Part shown: positions 63,877 to 64,000 of the stretch, piece after piece
Numbering within the stretch: the first letter of the stretch is position 1
Layout of the letters: each line of letters begins with the position of its first letter
Assembly (NCBI RefSeq): GCF_049554935.1
Contig: NZ_CP186926.1
Coordinates: 640,001 to 704,000, forward strand
Source of the DNA: Methanocaldococcus indicus
GTDB taxonomy: Archaea; AGJL01; Methanococci; Methanococcales; Methanocaldococcaceae
Direction of reading: 5' to 3'
Length of the DNA stretch: 64,000 nucleotides
Program-made: the position numbers and the translations under genes
Notes under the pieces: model-generated
Databases searched by the model: none
What the model was told of the DNA's origin: nothing
The model's input: only the letters and a program-made list of their open reading frames with translations

Positions 63877-64000
63877 TTACTCATCAACTCTTTGAGTCCT
63901 TCTAACAGTAAAGGCAAACAATGTTGGGAGGATAGCACATCCTAAAATAGCAGAGGTTAGAGCTACATCAGGAGCTAATAATGCATAATATAAATAAGCC
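63877..64000 (-). CDS. 3' end of DUF4040/MnhB-like membrane protein, probable energy-converting hydrogenase B subunit D
   Basis: Not in ORF track. Manual translation [40 protein letters not shown]; APDVALT motif. Confidence 0.72.
   Translation of the reverse strand, partial: AYLYYALLAPDVALTSAILGCAILPTLFAFTVRRTQRVDE

Overview
This is a very AT-rich, tightly packed archaeal chromosomal window from a hyperthermophilic hydrogenotrophic methanogen of the Methanococcales, most like Methanocaldococcus (inferred from cofD, hmdC/hcgG, ehb subunits, methanogenesis marker proteins, BpsA and the S-layer type). It holds a complete archaellum (fla/arl) locus with four archaellins, the S-layer gene, and many housekeeping, cofactor and lipid genes. 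I saw no rRNA, tRNA, CRISPR array, transposase, integrase or intein. Main sequence-level anomalies: (1) flaC is split by a one-base frame break in an A9 tract containing an A-AAA-AAG slippery motif; (2) three tandem archaellins share 180-bp identical 5' blocks plus internal conserved blocks around hypervariable segments; (3) a 65-bp direct repeat, probably a duplicated promoter/operator, brackets a small redox-type gene cassette. Poorly characterised modules include DUF2226 + membrane roadblock-like + coiled-coil proteins, a PRMT-like methyltransferase, a FIST-wHTH regulator divergent from a KamA-like enzyme, an orphan NifH-like protein and a short CheF-like protein. Product calls come from motif and family recognition by eye; no searches were run.
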